Source: Azolla caroliniana (Eukaryota > Plantae > Polypodiophyta). Taken from it: 64,000 nucleotides of DNA. Below the pieces are notes generated by a model. It was not told the origin of the DNA. It saw only the letters and a program-made list of their open reading frames with translations, and did not search any database. The translations under genes and the position numbers were made by a program. The stretch lies in NCBI GenBank assembly GCA_043228905.1, contig JBHGNT010000014.1:17174001-17238000 (forward strand), in the 5' to 3' direction. Below are positions 12,486 to 26,208 of this stretch, piece after piece. Numbering within the stretch: the first letter of the stretch is position 1; each line of letters starts with the position of its first letter.

Positions 12486-13687
12486 TGTGAAATGCACATA
12501 AGAGATCAAAACCAGTCTACTTAGCTTCTTACTTCTTAATCAATTTATAGTTGATACAACGAAACCCATTTGGGTTGGCCTGGTTAAAAAGGGTGTGCTA
12601 AAAGGGTGGGTCATTTTGGGCACATGCATCCTAAAAAGGGTGTGTTAAAAGGGTGGGTCAACTTGGGTACGTGCATCTAAAAAGGGTGAGCTAAAAGGGT
12701 GGTACAAAGGAACACATGCACACCACATTTCCCCCCTACGAGAAACAAGAGATTGAGGGGCATGAGTGACCATGTGTGGTCCTTGCCGGGAACTGGAACA
12801 GTCCTCGCTGAGAGTTGGAACACAAACACCAACGGGCGTGAGCAACCATGTTGTCCTCACCGAGAATTGGAACACGAACGAGTGAGTGACCATGTGGCCC
12901 TCACCGGGAACTGGAACATGAACAACAACGGGCATGAGCGACCATGTCGGTCCTCATTGGGATCTGGAACACGAACAATAGTTGGAGTGAGCGGCCATGT
13001 GCGGTCCTCACCGGAGACTGGAACAAAAACGGGAGTGAGCAACCATGCGGCCCTCACTGAGAACAGGAACACGAACGGGAGTGAGCGGCCATGTGTGGCC
13101 CTCATCGAGAACTCGAACACGAACGGGCGTGAGCGACCATGCGGCCCTCACCAGGAACTAGAACACGAACACCAACGGGAGTGAGCAGCCATGTGTGGCC
13201 CTCATCGGGAACTTGAACACCAACGGGAGTGTGAGTGGCCTTGTGCGGCCCTCATCAGGAACTAGAACACGAACACGAACACGAAAGAAACTAAAAAATA
13301 GAGACAATGAAGCGATGTTGATGATGAAGCGGTGGATATCGGGAGGCCTAACTAGTGAACTAAGGCGGTGCTAATAGAAGAGATACTACTAACAAGAGTG
13401 TCGGTGATGGTGGTGAGGGCGATGCTACCTACGAAGCGGAAGAGGCGGATGCTTGGATGTGGGGGACTGGTACCCCGTCATCTCCACCAATATGTGAAAT
13501 GCACATAAGAGATCAAAACCAGTCTACTTAGCTTCTTACTTCTTAATCAATTTATAGTTGATACAACGAAACCCATTTGGGTTGGCTTAGCTAAAAAGGG
13601 TGTGCTAAAAGGGTGGGTCAACTTTGGTACGTGCATCTAAAAAGGGTGAGCTAAAAGGGTGGCACAAAGGAACACATGCACACCACA
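12486..13687 (-). mobile_element. non-coding miniature LTR retrotransposon (TRIM-like), 1.2 kb
   Basis: Direct TG..CA repeats 12486-12727 and 13493-13687; minus-strand PBS TGGTGGAGATG(AC)GGGGTA 13471-13489, complementary to the tRNA-Ala 3' end; minus-strand PPT (GTAGGGGGGAAA) 12728-12739; 4-bp TSD ATAT. Confidence 0.9.
12755..13285. repeat. tandem array of about 10 palindromic 44-54 bp units inside the TRIM
   Basis: Consensus GGGAGTGAGCGGCC-ATG(TGT)-GGCCCTCACCGGGAACTGGAACACGAAC(ACCAAC). Confidence 0.92.
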
Positions 13688-14499
13688 ATATATAGGAAAT
13701 ATATGTGTTAAGTATACATATGTCTATATGCATGGATACGAATGGACATAATGTATGTGATGCCCATGTAATGTATGTATGTATGTATTTTGCATGTATG
13801 CAACTACCATGTAATGTAAGTATATATTTTACAACAAATTTAGGTATTGTATGAATAGATCATACCTTCTACCATTTCGTGGAAATATTGAATTTTTTAT
13901 AGTGTTCTATAATTTATTCCCTAGTTATTGGCAATACAATTGTTTAAATATATTTTCACATGATAATTAATGCATATGTATCTACATTTTGCACCCCAAT
14001 GGTTTCTTCATTGCATACCACCCCTTCTTATAAGCATGATATAATATGAGTTTAGGTAGTGGAGGCCCTAGGATAACCATCTAGATGCTTACAACTAGCC
14101 CCTAATTATACACCAAGTAATTGATCTCCAAAGGTGTAATGTCCACGAGAAGAATGCAATGGGGGATAGACTAACATTGGAGTAGATTTTGGATACCTCC
14201 TTTTCCACGATAAAAGCATTGTAGGATTATGATAAAGGAGAATAGGTGAAACCCTCCATGGATAGAGTCTTAAAGCCACATTAACTTCAATAGTCTATCC
14301 AAAAAGCTAACTCTTATGAGTAAAAACCATTCATTAATGACTACACATTATGGGTGTTGGAAAATCCTAGATAATAATCTATAAGAAAAGCTAACCCTTG
14401 TGAGTAAAAACCCTTAACGACTACCCATAATAGTTGATGAATCCCAACAAGGATGGTACATCCATGACTTGTGTCGAAGCCTTGCAAGCTTAGGCTAGG

Positions 14500-15050
14500 C
14501 AACTTCCTCATGTGTTGTTATATCGCCAAAGAGTTTTGTCTATTCTCATTTTTCCAATTGTAACATAATCCTGTATTTGCAAGCTTGGTGTGGAAGAGAC
14601 ATGGATGTTCAATGTGTTTTATTGGAGCTTGTGGGAAGATAAAAATGTCATCCAAATATAGCTTGATCATTTGATCCATGTATTCCAAGAAAATGTAATT
14701 CATGAGGTGTTAAAAGATGATCATGACATTTCTAAGCCCAAATAACATTATTATGTAACTAGCATGCCCATTGTAGATTCAAAATGCAATCTTCTACTCA
14801 TTGCTAGGCTTGTTACATAATCAAGTTGCATGTACTACATAAGTTGATTTTGGAGATGACTCTCTTGGTTTGGAGGTAGTTAAGAAACTCATAGATAAAG
14901 GGTAAGGGATACAGGTTCCTGATGATTAAGAGATTTAGACCACAATCTCACAAAGAAGCTAGAATGAATCTTTCTTATTGATAAACAAGATGGGTGTTCT
15001 AATAGGGGATTTGGAATAGCGAAGAAGCCTAAACCAAACAACTTGCACCA
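14500..15050 (-). pseudogene. Ty3/gypsy reverse transcriptase remnant
   Basis: MNYIF..YLDDIFIF (ORF 14518-14703) and an upstream GLN...RNLYPLP-like motif at about 14900-14945. Confidence 0.75.
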
Positions 15051-15508
15051 CTTTCAATATTAGGACTTATATGGATCAAAATGAGGACACTCTTGTCTCT
15101 TGTTCATTCTACATTTAATACATAACGCACTTTTCTTTCAACTTTTCAAGGGGGTATAAGAATAGAAGGTGCTCATAGCATCATTCCCTCTAAGTTGGTT
15201 GTTGTGGTGGTAGGCATTTGTTGCCTCATCATAGAGTCTTTCTTCGTCATCATCAAGAAACCAACCTTAATTAGATGATGAGGAATCATTATTAATGCCC
15301 GAAGATGAGTCAATTCCAACCTTTTGTACTATTGACAAATCATCCTTGTTCTATTGGGAACAAGTTGACCCTTTGTAGTAAGGAGGAGTTGATTTGCAAA
15401 CCTAAAGGATAGTTGGCTTTAGTGTAAAGGCGAGTTAGCCATTTATAGTTGTCAATGCAAGTTGCCCTTGTCGTTGTGGAATCAATTCATCCTTATAGTT
15501 ATGGGCCC

Positions 15509-15767
15509 CATAGTATGTACATAATATATACTCAAACGCTTTGGCAAATCTTCTTTTTCATACGAATGCGTATGTCATCAAAACATTCTTAAGTTTTTTT
15601 TTACACTTTTTACCTTAACTTTCTTACCTTAAAAAAAAACTTACAATAAATAATGAATACAAAAGTATGGTATTTACCATACATACTTCGAGGGTGTTTA
15701 CCATACTCAAATGATTGAAACATTCTCAAATGCGAATGCACGTTTGGCACATATGGTTCCTACTATG
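15509..15767 (+). mobile_element. hAT-type MITE, copy 2
   Basis: CATAGTA...TACTATG termini, homology to 6096-6336, imperfect gttatgg TSD. Confidence 0.7.
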
Positions 15768-17564
15768 GTTATGGCTAATAGTTGTGAAGGCAAGTAAGCA
15801 ATTGTGGCGATGGTGATTTAGCATTAAATTAGTAAAGGCGAGCCAACCTTAGTTTACATCATAAATTCAAGCGAACATTACATTAGTAAAGGCGTTGATT
15901 AGTCTTTGAATTTACTCTTTAAATATCTAACAAGTTTGCTATGTACCAAATATTCGAAAACCAAGATATTCAATGTAGTCCAAGGAGTAATGAGTAAAGA
16001 ATGAAATGTACAAAACTGATTATTAAATTCTAATTAAATAATAAGAATTGGGACCCATCTATAAAAATAAATAATAATCCTTAAATATTAACAAAGTCTG
16101 GTTTTTTTACCTACAAAATATTGAATGTGATCCCAAGTAGAAATTTGATTATGAAATTCTATTAAAATAATAGATGGGGGCAACTTATCGCTTTGAAACA
16201 CTAAATGTATGATCAAGATACCGCTTATGTTTTTCTTTTTTCCGAGCTTCATATATTTTGATGGCACTAGTGCTCACTAGGGGATGTCAAACTATACCAA
16301 AAACTATTGTCTCTAACAATCATGTTGAAGATACTTCTTCATTGGTGAAGCTCTTCTCTCTAGGTTGGGAGTATTTGGTAGGGGTAATATTGCAATGTGG
16401 GTGGGTATGAGCGCCAACTCTAACCCAAGTCATATCACCCAAATTGGCAAAAAACCACATTTCAAAATCTTCAACTTTCACATCTTAAAAATAGTCATAA
16501 AACACTCAATTTCTGATTAGCATACAAAACTACAAATTTCTACATTTTACACATAACATCTCCAAAATAGTCATAAAAACACTCGATTTCTGATTAGCCA
16601 ATTTCTTATATGTGTGCTACACATTTGAAGTTTGAATTCAATCATACAATTAATCTTGGCTAGATAAATGATGGGCTTCACGACTGTGCTAATTATGTTT
16701 CATATCTCTCCTAAATATGGTCAGATTGGCTATCCTATACCCCTTGGATATCAATATATTAGCTTCCTTGAATGTGCATTGAACTTGTACATTTCGTAGT
16801 GGAATCTAACAAAGTAGCACATATGCTTAGATTACCACTAAGATAAAGCTCTAATACAAAAAATTAATCACATCTGATCATCCATGAATAATACAGTATT
16901 CTTCATTTAATGACCTAGAATTTACCATATTTGCTACACAGCTTATTAGCATAGCAGCATAACGGATGATGCCAATAATATCAGGAATCTCAGTCTAAGC
17001 ATTTGTATTATTATGGTTTCTGCATTGAGGATAACTGTATCTGCATCATGGTCTTCAATAATATTATAAATATTTATAGCATTGTCAAGTGAATATATAT
17101 ATCACTTGAATTGAGATAAAACATATGCAAACAAAAATTCCTATGTAAATACATAGATAGATATAATACAAGTATTAGTTATATTTCACGTTTTCACACA
17201 AGCATTCAAACATTTGCACATGGCCTTTATGCTCAATTGTCTCTCTTGATGTCAATAAATATAAATCGATGTTAGGAAACAATATCATCAGATAAATTGC
17301 TCTGGAAGATGAATCACACATGCATCTTATTTCATGCATCTTGCATTTAATTTGAATGATGGCAATGGATGCATGTACAATGTCTTCAAATACTAATGTA
17401 CATTTTCAAGCCTTTAAACATTGTTGAAGATATAGCTATGTACTGACCAAATATGTCTCCAACATGAATTATGCATTTAGAAAGAATATGGAAGGCAGCT
17501 ATATACTTAATCACTTGCAATTACAATGAATAATTTGATGGAGAAAAACACCATGAAGTATCCA

Positions 17565-17587
17565 TCAAAGAATATTTCCCCCACATC
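17565..17587 (-). CDS. probable terminal coding exon 3 of the small protein, giving (R)CGGNIL*
   Basis: tttttaaactcag|GA TGT GGG GGA AAT ATT CTT TGA completes the phase-1 codon of exon 2 to give PVLPTRC, the C-terminal motif I recall from plant homologues. Confidence 0.55.
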
Positions 17588-18999
17588 CTGAGTTTAAAAA
17601 CGATTTGTTGAAATAAGACAAGATTAGGTTTGTGAAAATACGGTAGACAAATTCAAAATTAAGCTTAAACTACTCAATAGAAAAAAAATGTCGATGAACA
17701 AACATGAAATGATCAAGATATAAAAACACTACAAAACAAAACAGTGGTAGCTTCAGATTCATCTCAATATAAAAATCATATGGTAAACATGATTTCAATT
17801 TCCTATTATGATAACGACAGATATACCAAGACTCAAGGGTGACTTGCTAGCATTAGACTAGACAATTAGTTTTTCAGAAGAAATGAACCTCATAATCTCT
17901 AAAGCAATTTAATTGTTACCATTGATCTTTACAGAGTCTCTATATAAGGTTTTTGGGCTTTTGACATGAAATTTGATTATTGTGTTCGTTTATCTCTTCC
18001 ATTTTGTAGCATTCTTTCCTCTTTTTTCAGTAGTTGTCTAGAAAGTAATTAATAGGAGGCAACGCATATATTCTGATGCAATAATGGGAAAATGAGATAG
18101 ATATCAAACCCAATCTTAGTATTATGATAGGAGGCTATAGATCCAACGTGTGATACATAAGCATCTAGTAACCATTATTGCACGTAAACAAACAAATCTT
18201 TACTAGAGTTCAATGACCATGCCTATTTTGCTTCAATCAATATTAAATTTGGATGATGTAGAGTGCGACCTGGGGTCAAACTTAATATCACACATGCCTC
18301 TCTACTGATTTCTCTCCTTTATCTTAAATCTATCTCATGTAACCAAAAACCCTAGATCTAAACCATCCAAAGATAACAAAAGAGCTTATAAAAATAGTTA
18401 CCTCTCAAAGGCATGTTGCAAACCAAACTGCAATGCTTATTAGCAAAATTCTTGGGCACCAAGAGTGGCCTATAACTCCACATTACATGAACATGTTTGG
18501 TTTCATCAAATCAAGAGTCAGTTATAAGCTCCCCACACTATAGGTTGTGGTTCATTCATATAGCGTGACTACCTAGTTATCTTAATAGGTGCACATTTAT
18601 ACGATCCAAGATTTTAGTAAAATTTTCAGGAACACTATATAGAACCGACTATAAAGGGACAACATAGAGAAATTCGGGTACAAGCTTCTCTTGATCTCGC
18701 TTCATAAAATAAATGTGCAACATTCTTCTATTTATGAAAACAAATGCAGATAATAAAACATAAAAAACACAATCAATCAATTTAAGCATAACAACATTAT
18801 TCAAAATCTCAAACTTGTTTATGGAAAAGCCTGCATAGTCTACTACTCTAATCCCTTGTGCAACAACACCCTATCTCAGATTGTAGTGAGTGTGAGTTGT
18901 CATATGGCATTGATGATTCAGATGGCAAACAAGAAGATGAGCTCTACCATACGTTGTCGTTCGTGGTTCCCTCGTTTAGCAAAGAATATATATTTTTAT

Positions 19000-20030
19000 A
19001 GTTAGCTGCAACATATGTTGTATAGTGTATGAAGTGTGAGCATTGCAAATGGTCTCATTCATTAAAGATATTGATGCATCATGAAGTAAATGTGTTGCAT
19101 CCCATCTTCCAAACCATTTTGTTATATCTAACATCTAGCAAGAACACAAAATTTTGCTTTTCAAGTGTCTCTAAATCTTTTTGCTTGCTTCTGGAATTTG
19201 AAGAAGTAGATGTGAGGGATTATTTTGAAACTTAAGCACATATTCAATAACCCTTTCCATGGCCATGATCTCAGTGAGATGTGATCTCATCTTAAGAAAT
19301 AGGAGGGTATATAACATTTGTTACTCGACTTTCAGAAACTTTGTAAGAAAATGCGTTTGAACATATTCAAACTCTTTTGAGTGGACTTGGGGATGCTACC
19401 ACCCCATAAAGAAGCACAGTTGTCACCAAAGTGTCCACAAGGTATTGGGGACCCAACATTTAGTTTCTCTAACATTACATCTGTTCGAAATACACAATAT
19501 AGCATTTGTTACTCAGCTTTGAGAAACTTTGTAAGAAAATGCTTTTGAACATATTCAGACTCTTTCGAAACATTACATCTGTTCGAAAATACACAATATG
19601 CTCTCTTTCCGCCTCAAGTGTGAGTAGCATATTCACTCCATCTATGATTTGTAGTAACTTCAATGCCAAGGAATTATTGTGTAATGTATGTATGGTTTAT
19701 CCTTATTTTGGATCTTTGTAAGCATAATCTTTGTTTTAGAAAAAAACTTTGTGTACATGTAAAGCTTTTCTAATTTACATCTCTTAAAGTACTTGCAAAA
19801 AGCACCACATCATCTGCACACAAAAGAATGATGATTACATTCCTGATGACAACTTCTTTAATTCCTTCTTCCTTTACAAATATGGCAACCATTTGTTCTA
19901 AATCATCAATGCATAGACTAAATACAGTTGGTGAGCGAGGGCATCCTTGTTTACCACCAATAGTGCTATTTAGCCCATGCATTTATCTTTGATTCCATTA
20001 TATATCCAAATAGTTTTGTTGCATGAGTGC
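19000..20030 (-). mobile_element. LINE (RTE-like) reverse transcriptase fragment
   Basis: KQGCPRSPTVFSLCID...LLCADDVVL corresponds to the non-LTR RT motifs QGCPLSP and YADD. Boundaries are approximate. Confidence 0.75.
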
Positions 20031-20439
20031 CAACTATGACCATTCAATCAGTGTTTGCATTATTTACATCTCTGCTTATGTGTAAAGTTTTGATCCAATT
20101 CGTACTCCAATCGTAATGCATGCCATGTGGCAATGCATAATTAAACATAACAATTATCTGTGCATGTGCGTCCTATGAGAGAGAAAGAGAAAGAAATATT
20201 GCTTGATCTTGGATAACAACAAAACAAAATGAACATAAGTAGATATATATAATTGGCTCAAGTACCAAATATTCCTGTTGTAGCCTATGCGCAGAAAAAA
20301 TTACCATTTTCTGAAAATACAACTCCTTTTAGATGCTGTGATCAAAATCCTACTTCTGTACCCCTTGATTGAATTATAACATGAGAAGGTAAGGATGATG
20401 GTATTCAAAATGGTTGCAATGGTTGTGAAATGTGGTTGA

Positions 20440-20967
20440 GTCCATGCAATGTATTGTGGGGTCATCCATGGGAGGCTTATCCCATGGCCCAGAACCTTCC
20501 GAAGCTCTATTGCTCGTCAATCATCAATTCACGAACACTTCTCAATGTAATGAAAGTTATCAAGATAGTTACATCTTGATTGCCCTCCAAGATATATGAT
20601 ATATCAAGAGCTTTTCAAAAGTCCATGCATTGTATTGTGAGGTCATTCATGGGAAGCTTATCCCATGGCCTAGAACCTTTGAGAGCTTTATAATCTTTTA
20701 ATTTGCTCCCAACAATTGTTGGTATCAATCATCTAATTCACGAACACTTAATCTAATGCAAGTTATCAAGATAATATCATCTTGATCTCCCTCCAAGATA
20801 TTCGATATGTCAAGAGCTATTTTCAGACGTCTATGCAATGTATTGTTAGGTTATGCATGGGAGGCTTATCCCATAGCCCAAAGCCTTCAAGAGCTCTAGA
20901 ATTCTCTAATTCATTCCCAATCATTGTTGGTATCAATCATCAAATTGACGAAAACTTGTCAATGTAA
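20440..20967. repeat. about 180-210 bp tandem repeat, 3 copies
   Basis: atgca(a/t)tgtattgt...catggga(g/a)gcttatcccat(g/a)gcc recurs at about 20445, 20625 and 20833. Confidence 0.8.
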
Positions 20968-21018
20968 CACAGATCTGAGTATTGGAAATTCAAGGACATA
21001 CATCGATTTTACACTAGA

Positions 21019-24000
21019 TAAAAGGGTTAGGAATGATGTCAATCGGGCTAAGGAATACTCAGGATTCACCCTAGTATAGGCCCTTTAGATGCAATACTGG
21101 AGCTATGGTAGAAAAGATAGAGAGAGAGCAGTAGTTGGAGGAGCTCACCTTTGAAGTGAGATCCAAAAGTTTTAAACTTATGTTTTATAAGACCCATTTA
21201 GGGTTGGCCAAGTTCACATTGAACTTGGCCCAAAAATAACGAAAAAGTGGTTAGTGACTTTTGGCCTTTATAAATAGGCCTATACACATGCACACACTAT
21301 AAGGGGGTAATTTAGGGCCTTCACCGCAACAACCTCCCACTTAAAGGCATAAATGACGCCTTTAAGCTACGTGACTCCCACCATTTGTATACATATCTGA
21401 TGTTGTGCTTTGGATAAGCACTTGGTCAGTACATCCGCAGGGTTCTGTGATGTGTGGAACTTTATCAATGTGATGAGGCCATCCTCAAGCACTTCTCGAA
21501 TGAAGTGATATCGCACATCAATGTGTTTTGTGTGTGCATGAAGCATCGCATTCTTTGCTAAACAGATGGCAATCTGGCTATCACAACCAAGAATGGGTGC
21601 CTTTTCAGGCAAACCAAACTCACTGCATAGACGTGCTAACCATATTGCTTCCTTGGAAGCCTTAGTGGCTGAGATATATTCTGTCTCGGTAGTGGACAAA
21701 GCAACAACCTTTTGCAACCTACTACACCATGATACAGCACCACCTGCAAGTGTGAATACATAGCCACTTGTGGATTTCTGTATATCCACATCACATGCCA
21801 TGTCAGAGTCACAGAAACCCTTCAGCTCTAATGGGCCTTTTCCATAACAAAGGCATTTATTTTTAGTCCCTTTTGAAGTACCTCATAATGGACTTTAGTG
21901 CATTCCAATGGGCTTTGCCCGGATTAGCCATGAATTGGCTTACAACTCCCACTGCATAAGCAATATCAGGTCTAGTAGCACCCATAGCATACATAAGTGA
22001 ACTACAAGCTGAAGCATAAGGTACACCATGCATGTCTTTGATTGCTTCTTGTGTCTTATCATATGGTTGTAATGGCACTCCAAGAGGCTTTGCATCAGCC
22101 ATACAAAATCTGTCCAGCACCTTATCAATGTATTTTTCTTGAGATAAATACAATGTATGCTGCTCCCTTTGTCTCCTAATTCTTACATGTTCAGCTCCCC
22201 CGAGGTCTTTCATTGAAAATGCAGATTTCAGCTTCTTTTTAAGGACATCAACAGTGCTCCTTTTCTTGGCAGCAATGAGCATATCATCTACATATAGTAC
22301 AAGAATGATTGGGCTGCCACTTTCATCCCTTTTAGTATACAAACAGCGATCAGCATGGCTTCTTTTGTACCCATGTTTGAGCATAAAAGCGTCAAACTTT
22401 TTGTACCATTGTCTAGAAGCTTGTTTCAGCCCATACAAGCTTCTATTGAGCTTACATACCAAATGTTCCTTTCCAGGAATAACAAAGCCCTCAGGCTGTT
22501 TCATGTAAAGCTCTTCGTCAATGTCACCATGCAAAAAAGTTGTATGTACATCCATTTGGTCTAATTCCAAATCAGGTGCAGCCACTATAGCAAATAGCAC
22601 TCGCAAAGTGGTCATTTTTACCACAGGAGAAAACACTTCCTGAAAATCTATGCCCTTAGTTTGAGCATATCCTTTTGCAACCAACCTTGCTTTATACTTG
22701 GGTTTGTCATCAACGGTCTTGATTTTATATACCCATTTGTTAGGAATAGCTTTCCTTCCTTTGGGCAGTTCAACCAAGTCCCAAGTATCATTTGAATGCA
22801 AAGCCTTAATCTCTTCCTGCATAGCAAGCTCCCACTTATTGCTGTGCTGACATGCCTTTGCCTCTTTATATGTAAGAGGTTCTCCCACATCGGTCAACAT
22901 TATGTAGTGCAACGAGGGGTCAAATCTACTCACATTTCATCTTATACGAGTAGAACGTCTCACCCAATGATCCATATTGTCATGTAATGGATCAACATCA
23001 GGTGGCATGTCTAAATCATCATTGTTAGGCTGCTGTCCATTATTTTCAGCACCATTTTCAGCATTATTATTTGGCTGCATATTCCTCTCAGGATCCTCAT
23101 CTTGCTGTCCAACATCTTCTGGCTCCAAAACCACTGGATGATCAATATTTTCAGTCCTTTGTGGTGGATCCTGATGGTCAAAACTGCGTCTAACAGGTGG
23201 CTGGTCATGCTGAAATCTAACCCTTTTATGGTCATCTTTTGAGGCATAATTGTTTTGAAGCAGCCTTGCCTCATTGAAAACAACATATCTGCCGCGTATA
23301 ACCTTCCTGAGCTGGGGTATCCAAATCCTATAACCCATTTCGCCTTCTTCACCATATCCCATGAAGAGGTCCTTAATGGACTTGGCATCAAGTTTGTTTC
23401 TCAGCTCAAGCCTTATATGTATTAAAGCCTTGCATCCAAAGACACATAAGTGATCATATGAAGCAGGTTTGCCAGACCAAACCTCTTCTAGGATGTCACC
23501 CTTTAGAGACGTGTGAGGGGATCTATTGCATACATGTACTGCAGTTTTGAGTGCCTCTCCCCAAAATCCATGAGGGAGATTATCAGTGGACAGCATGCAT
23601 CTCACTCTCTCACAAAGTGTCCTGTTATATCGTTCAGCCACACCATTAGAAGAGGAGTTGTATGGAACAGTAAGCTCCCTCTTAATACCCAAATTTTCAC
23701 AAAATTTCTTGAATTCAGCACTTGTATACTCACCACCATTGTCCGTACGCAAACATTTCAGTTTTCTTCCTGTTTGGGTGGTCACAAATGCATAAAAACG
23801 CTTAAATGCAGCTAACGCTTCATCCTTAGATTTAAGCAATTGAACCCAAATTTTTCTAAAGAAATCATCAACAAATGAGATAAAATACATTGCAACCCCC
23901 ATAGATTTCGTGGGCATGCTACACACATCAAAATGAACAAATCAAGTACACGAGACTTACGAGACACACCAGAGTAAAAGGAACGCTTCACTTGCTTTCC

Positions 24001-25584
24001 ATATTGGCATTCATTACAAAAATCAAGCTTCGTGCCTTTAGCATCAAGCTTCTTTAGATTACAAAGCCTAGTGAGACCCTTTTGGTTCATATGGCCAAGT
24101 CTCTTATGCCACAACTCCATATGGGAGTGAACTTCAGCCAAAGCAATAAATTTGCCCGATATAGCATTTCCATGTAAGCAATAAAGAGTTCCCTTCTTTG
24201 TGCCTTTCACAATCAGCCTTGAACCTTTTGTCATTTTCCATGATCCTCTCTCAAAGAGAATGCTATAACCATGCATATCCATTTGCCCCACAGAAAGCAA
24301 GCTCTTCTTGATCCCTGATACATAATGCACATTATGCAAAACCAGCTCATTAGCGCCATTTGTAGAAAAACGCACAGTGCCAATACCCTCAATGGAACAT
24401 GCATGATTGTTTCCAAGGTATATATGGCCATGGCTGCTTGCAGTAAAAGTAGAAAAACACTCCTTGATAGGAGTCACATGAAATGAAGCACCAGAGTCAA
24501 CTATCCATGTTTGGGCCAATGCATCATTGACAATCGGCAAAGCATCAATAAGACCATTCTTAGTGATACACATGTCCTCTGAATGAATATTTAGAGAGGC
24601 ATCATATGCATAAGTATCATTAGTTGAAAAAGTAGCACATAAAATGTCCTCAACATCTGACAACTCCTCTATGACTACATTAGAGGCCAAATTGGCCTTC
24701 TCTTCATCCTTTTGGTTGTCATGTGCATTAGTCTTGTCCTTTCTCTTATCTCCAAAATTCTTTTTCTTTCAAGTTCTACTTTGTAATAGCGGCAATCGGG
24801 TTTCTTGTGGCCTTTCCTGCCACATTGATAGCATGTTACGTCATTGCTTTTAACTTTGCTGCTATATCCCCTTTCTTGGCTTTTACTTTTGTTCCTATGT
24901 GCATAGTTATTTCTCTTATTTGTCCTACCTCTAACCATGTTGGCTGAGCTGCCACTTGCTTTTGTCCTGATCTCTTCATCGAGTATGGAGCCCCTAACAC
25001 CATCAAAGGTTAAGTTGGGGCTATTAGACAATGAGACTACCAATGTCTCCCATGAGTCAGGTAGTGTCATTAGCAAGAAAATGTTCTTTGCATTCTTTCC
25101 TTCCACAAGTCGAAACCTGTTCCCTCAAATTGTTGAATCTCAAAAAGATTCTTCGCTTCTGAGGAGGATGACGCCATACCTCACAATAAAGAGGTCTAAA
25201 CACCTGTTCTTTGTTGTACAGCAACTCTGCAGAAGTTCAAAAACCCTAAATCTGCTCTGATACCAGTTGAAAGGGTTAGGAATGATGTCAATCGGGCTAA
25301 GGAATACTCAGGATTCACCCTAGTATAGGCCCTTTAGATGCAATAGTGGAGCCGTGGTAGAAAAGATAGAGAGAGAGAGAGTAGTAGTTGGAGGAGCTCA
25401 CCTTTGAAGTGAGATCCAAAAGTTTTTAACTTATGTTCTATAAGACCCATTTAGGGTTGGCTAAGTTCACACTGAACTTGGCCCAAAAATTATGAAAAAG
25501 TGGTTAGTGACTTTTGGCCTTTATAAATAGGCCTATACACATGTACACACTATAAGGGGGTCATTTAGGGCCTTTACCCCAACA
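21019..25584 (-). mobile_element. Ty1/copia LTR retrotransposon B
   Basis: LTRs 21019-21331 and 25268-25584 (about 95% identical by eye), TSD CTAGA, PBS tRNA-iMet 25254-25265, PPT 21332-21345. Confidence 0.96.
21367..25106 (-). pseudogene. copia B gag-pol, frameshifted, N-terminal gag deleted
   Basis: Zinc knuckle CYQCGRKGHKKPDC; protease WIVDSGASFH; LWHKRLGH; integrase RTDNGGEY and NGVAER; RT YGLKQA and LYVDDM; RNase H CDSQ and KHIDVRYH. Confidence 0.95.
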
Positions 25585-26208
25585 CTAGATTTATGTTGAG
25601 CACCTTTTGACTAATATAATCAAGCATCTTCTCCTTGAGAAAAAACATTGAAATGGTAATCAGAAACTTGACTCAAGAAGATAACATGACCTACATAATT
25701 CAAACGGTCTAATGCCTTGAGATACCCTCTTTCAATTAGATTTCCAATTTTAAATTATATAGCACTTCTTAATCGATTCGTCTAGCACTATCGGGTTATA
25801 TGAATGGCACATGTTGTCGTTATTTAGAGTAATTAGATATGTGTACATCAATGGAAATTTCTATTTCAGTAAGGATTTTATGTCTTTTGATGCTTTGCAA
25901 GAGAATTGACTCTGTTTCCAAGAGGATCAAGGTTTTCGTTTCAGAAGGTGATAAAAGTGAGGTTATGTAAGCTTTATTTTCTCTATCTTAATATAGTCTT
26001 CTTTCTTTGTATGTTTTTGTTTCTTTACAAGCTTCTCATCGAGTGGCAAACACAACGCCTGTGTTTTTGTTTGTAATGTTACTACAAGTTTCAACCTTTT
26101 TACAAACCACTCGACAGCTACGAAAAAATTAGGGTAAGAACTTAACTATTATTTCTTAAATTAGTACAAGCAATTACATTCAACAAACCATTATATACAA
26201 AAACTTAC

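Noticed and set aside
12699-13184. 161-aa ORF and overlapping ORFs
   Set aside because: Translation of the tandem array with no domain signal.
12755-13285. CRISPR-like array or hammerhead ribozyme (CTGATGAG-GGCC stem on the minus strand near 13250)
   Set aside because: The linkers are homologous rather than unique spacers, there are no cas genes, and the context is eukaryotic. The GAAA half of the hammerhead core is missing after the stem.
13440-13490. tRNA-Ala gene
   Set aside because: Only the 3' about 18 nt match and there is no cloverleaf. It sits 3 nt from an LTR, so it is a PBS.
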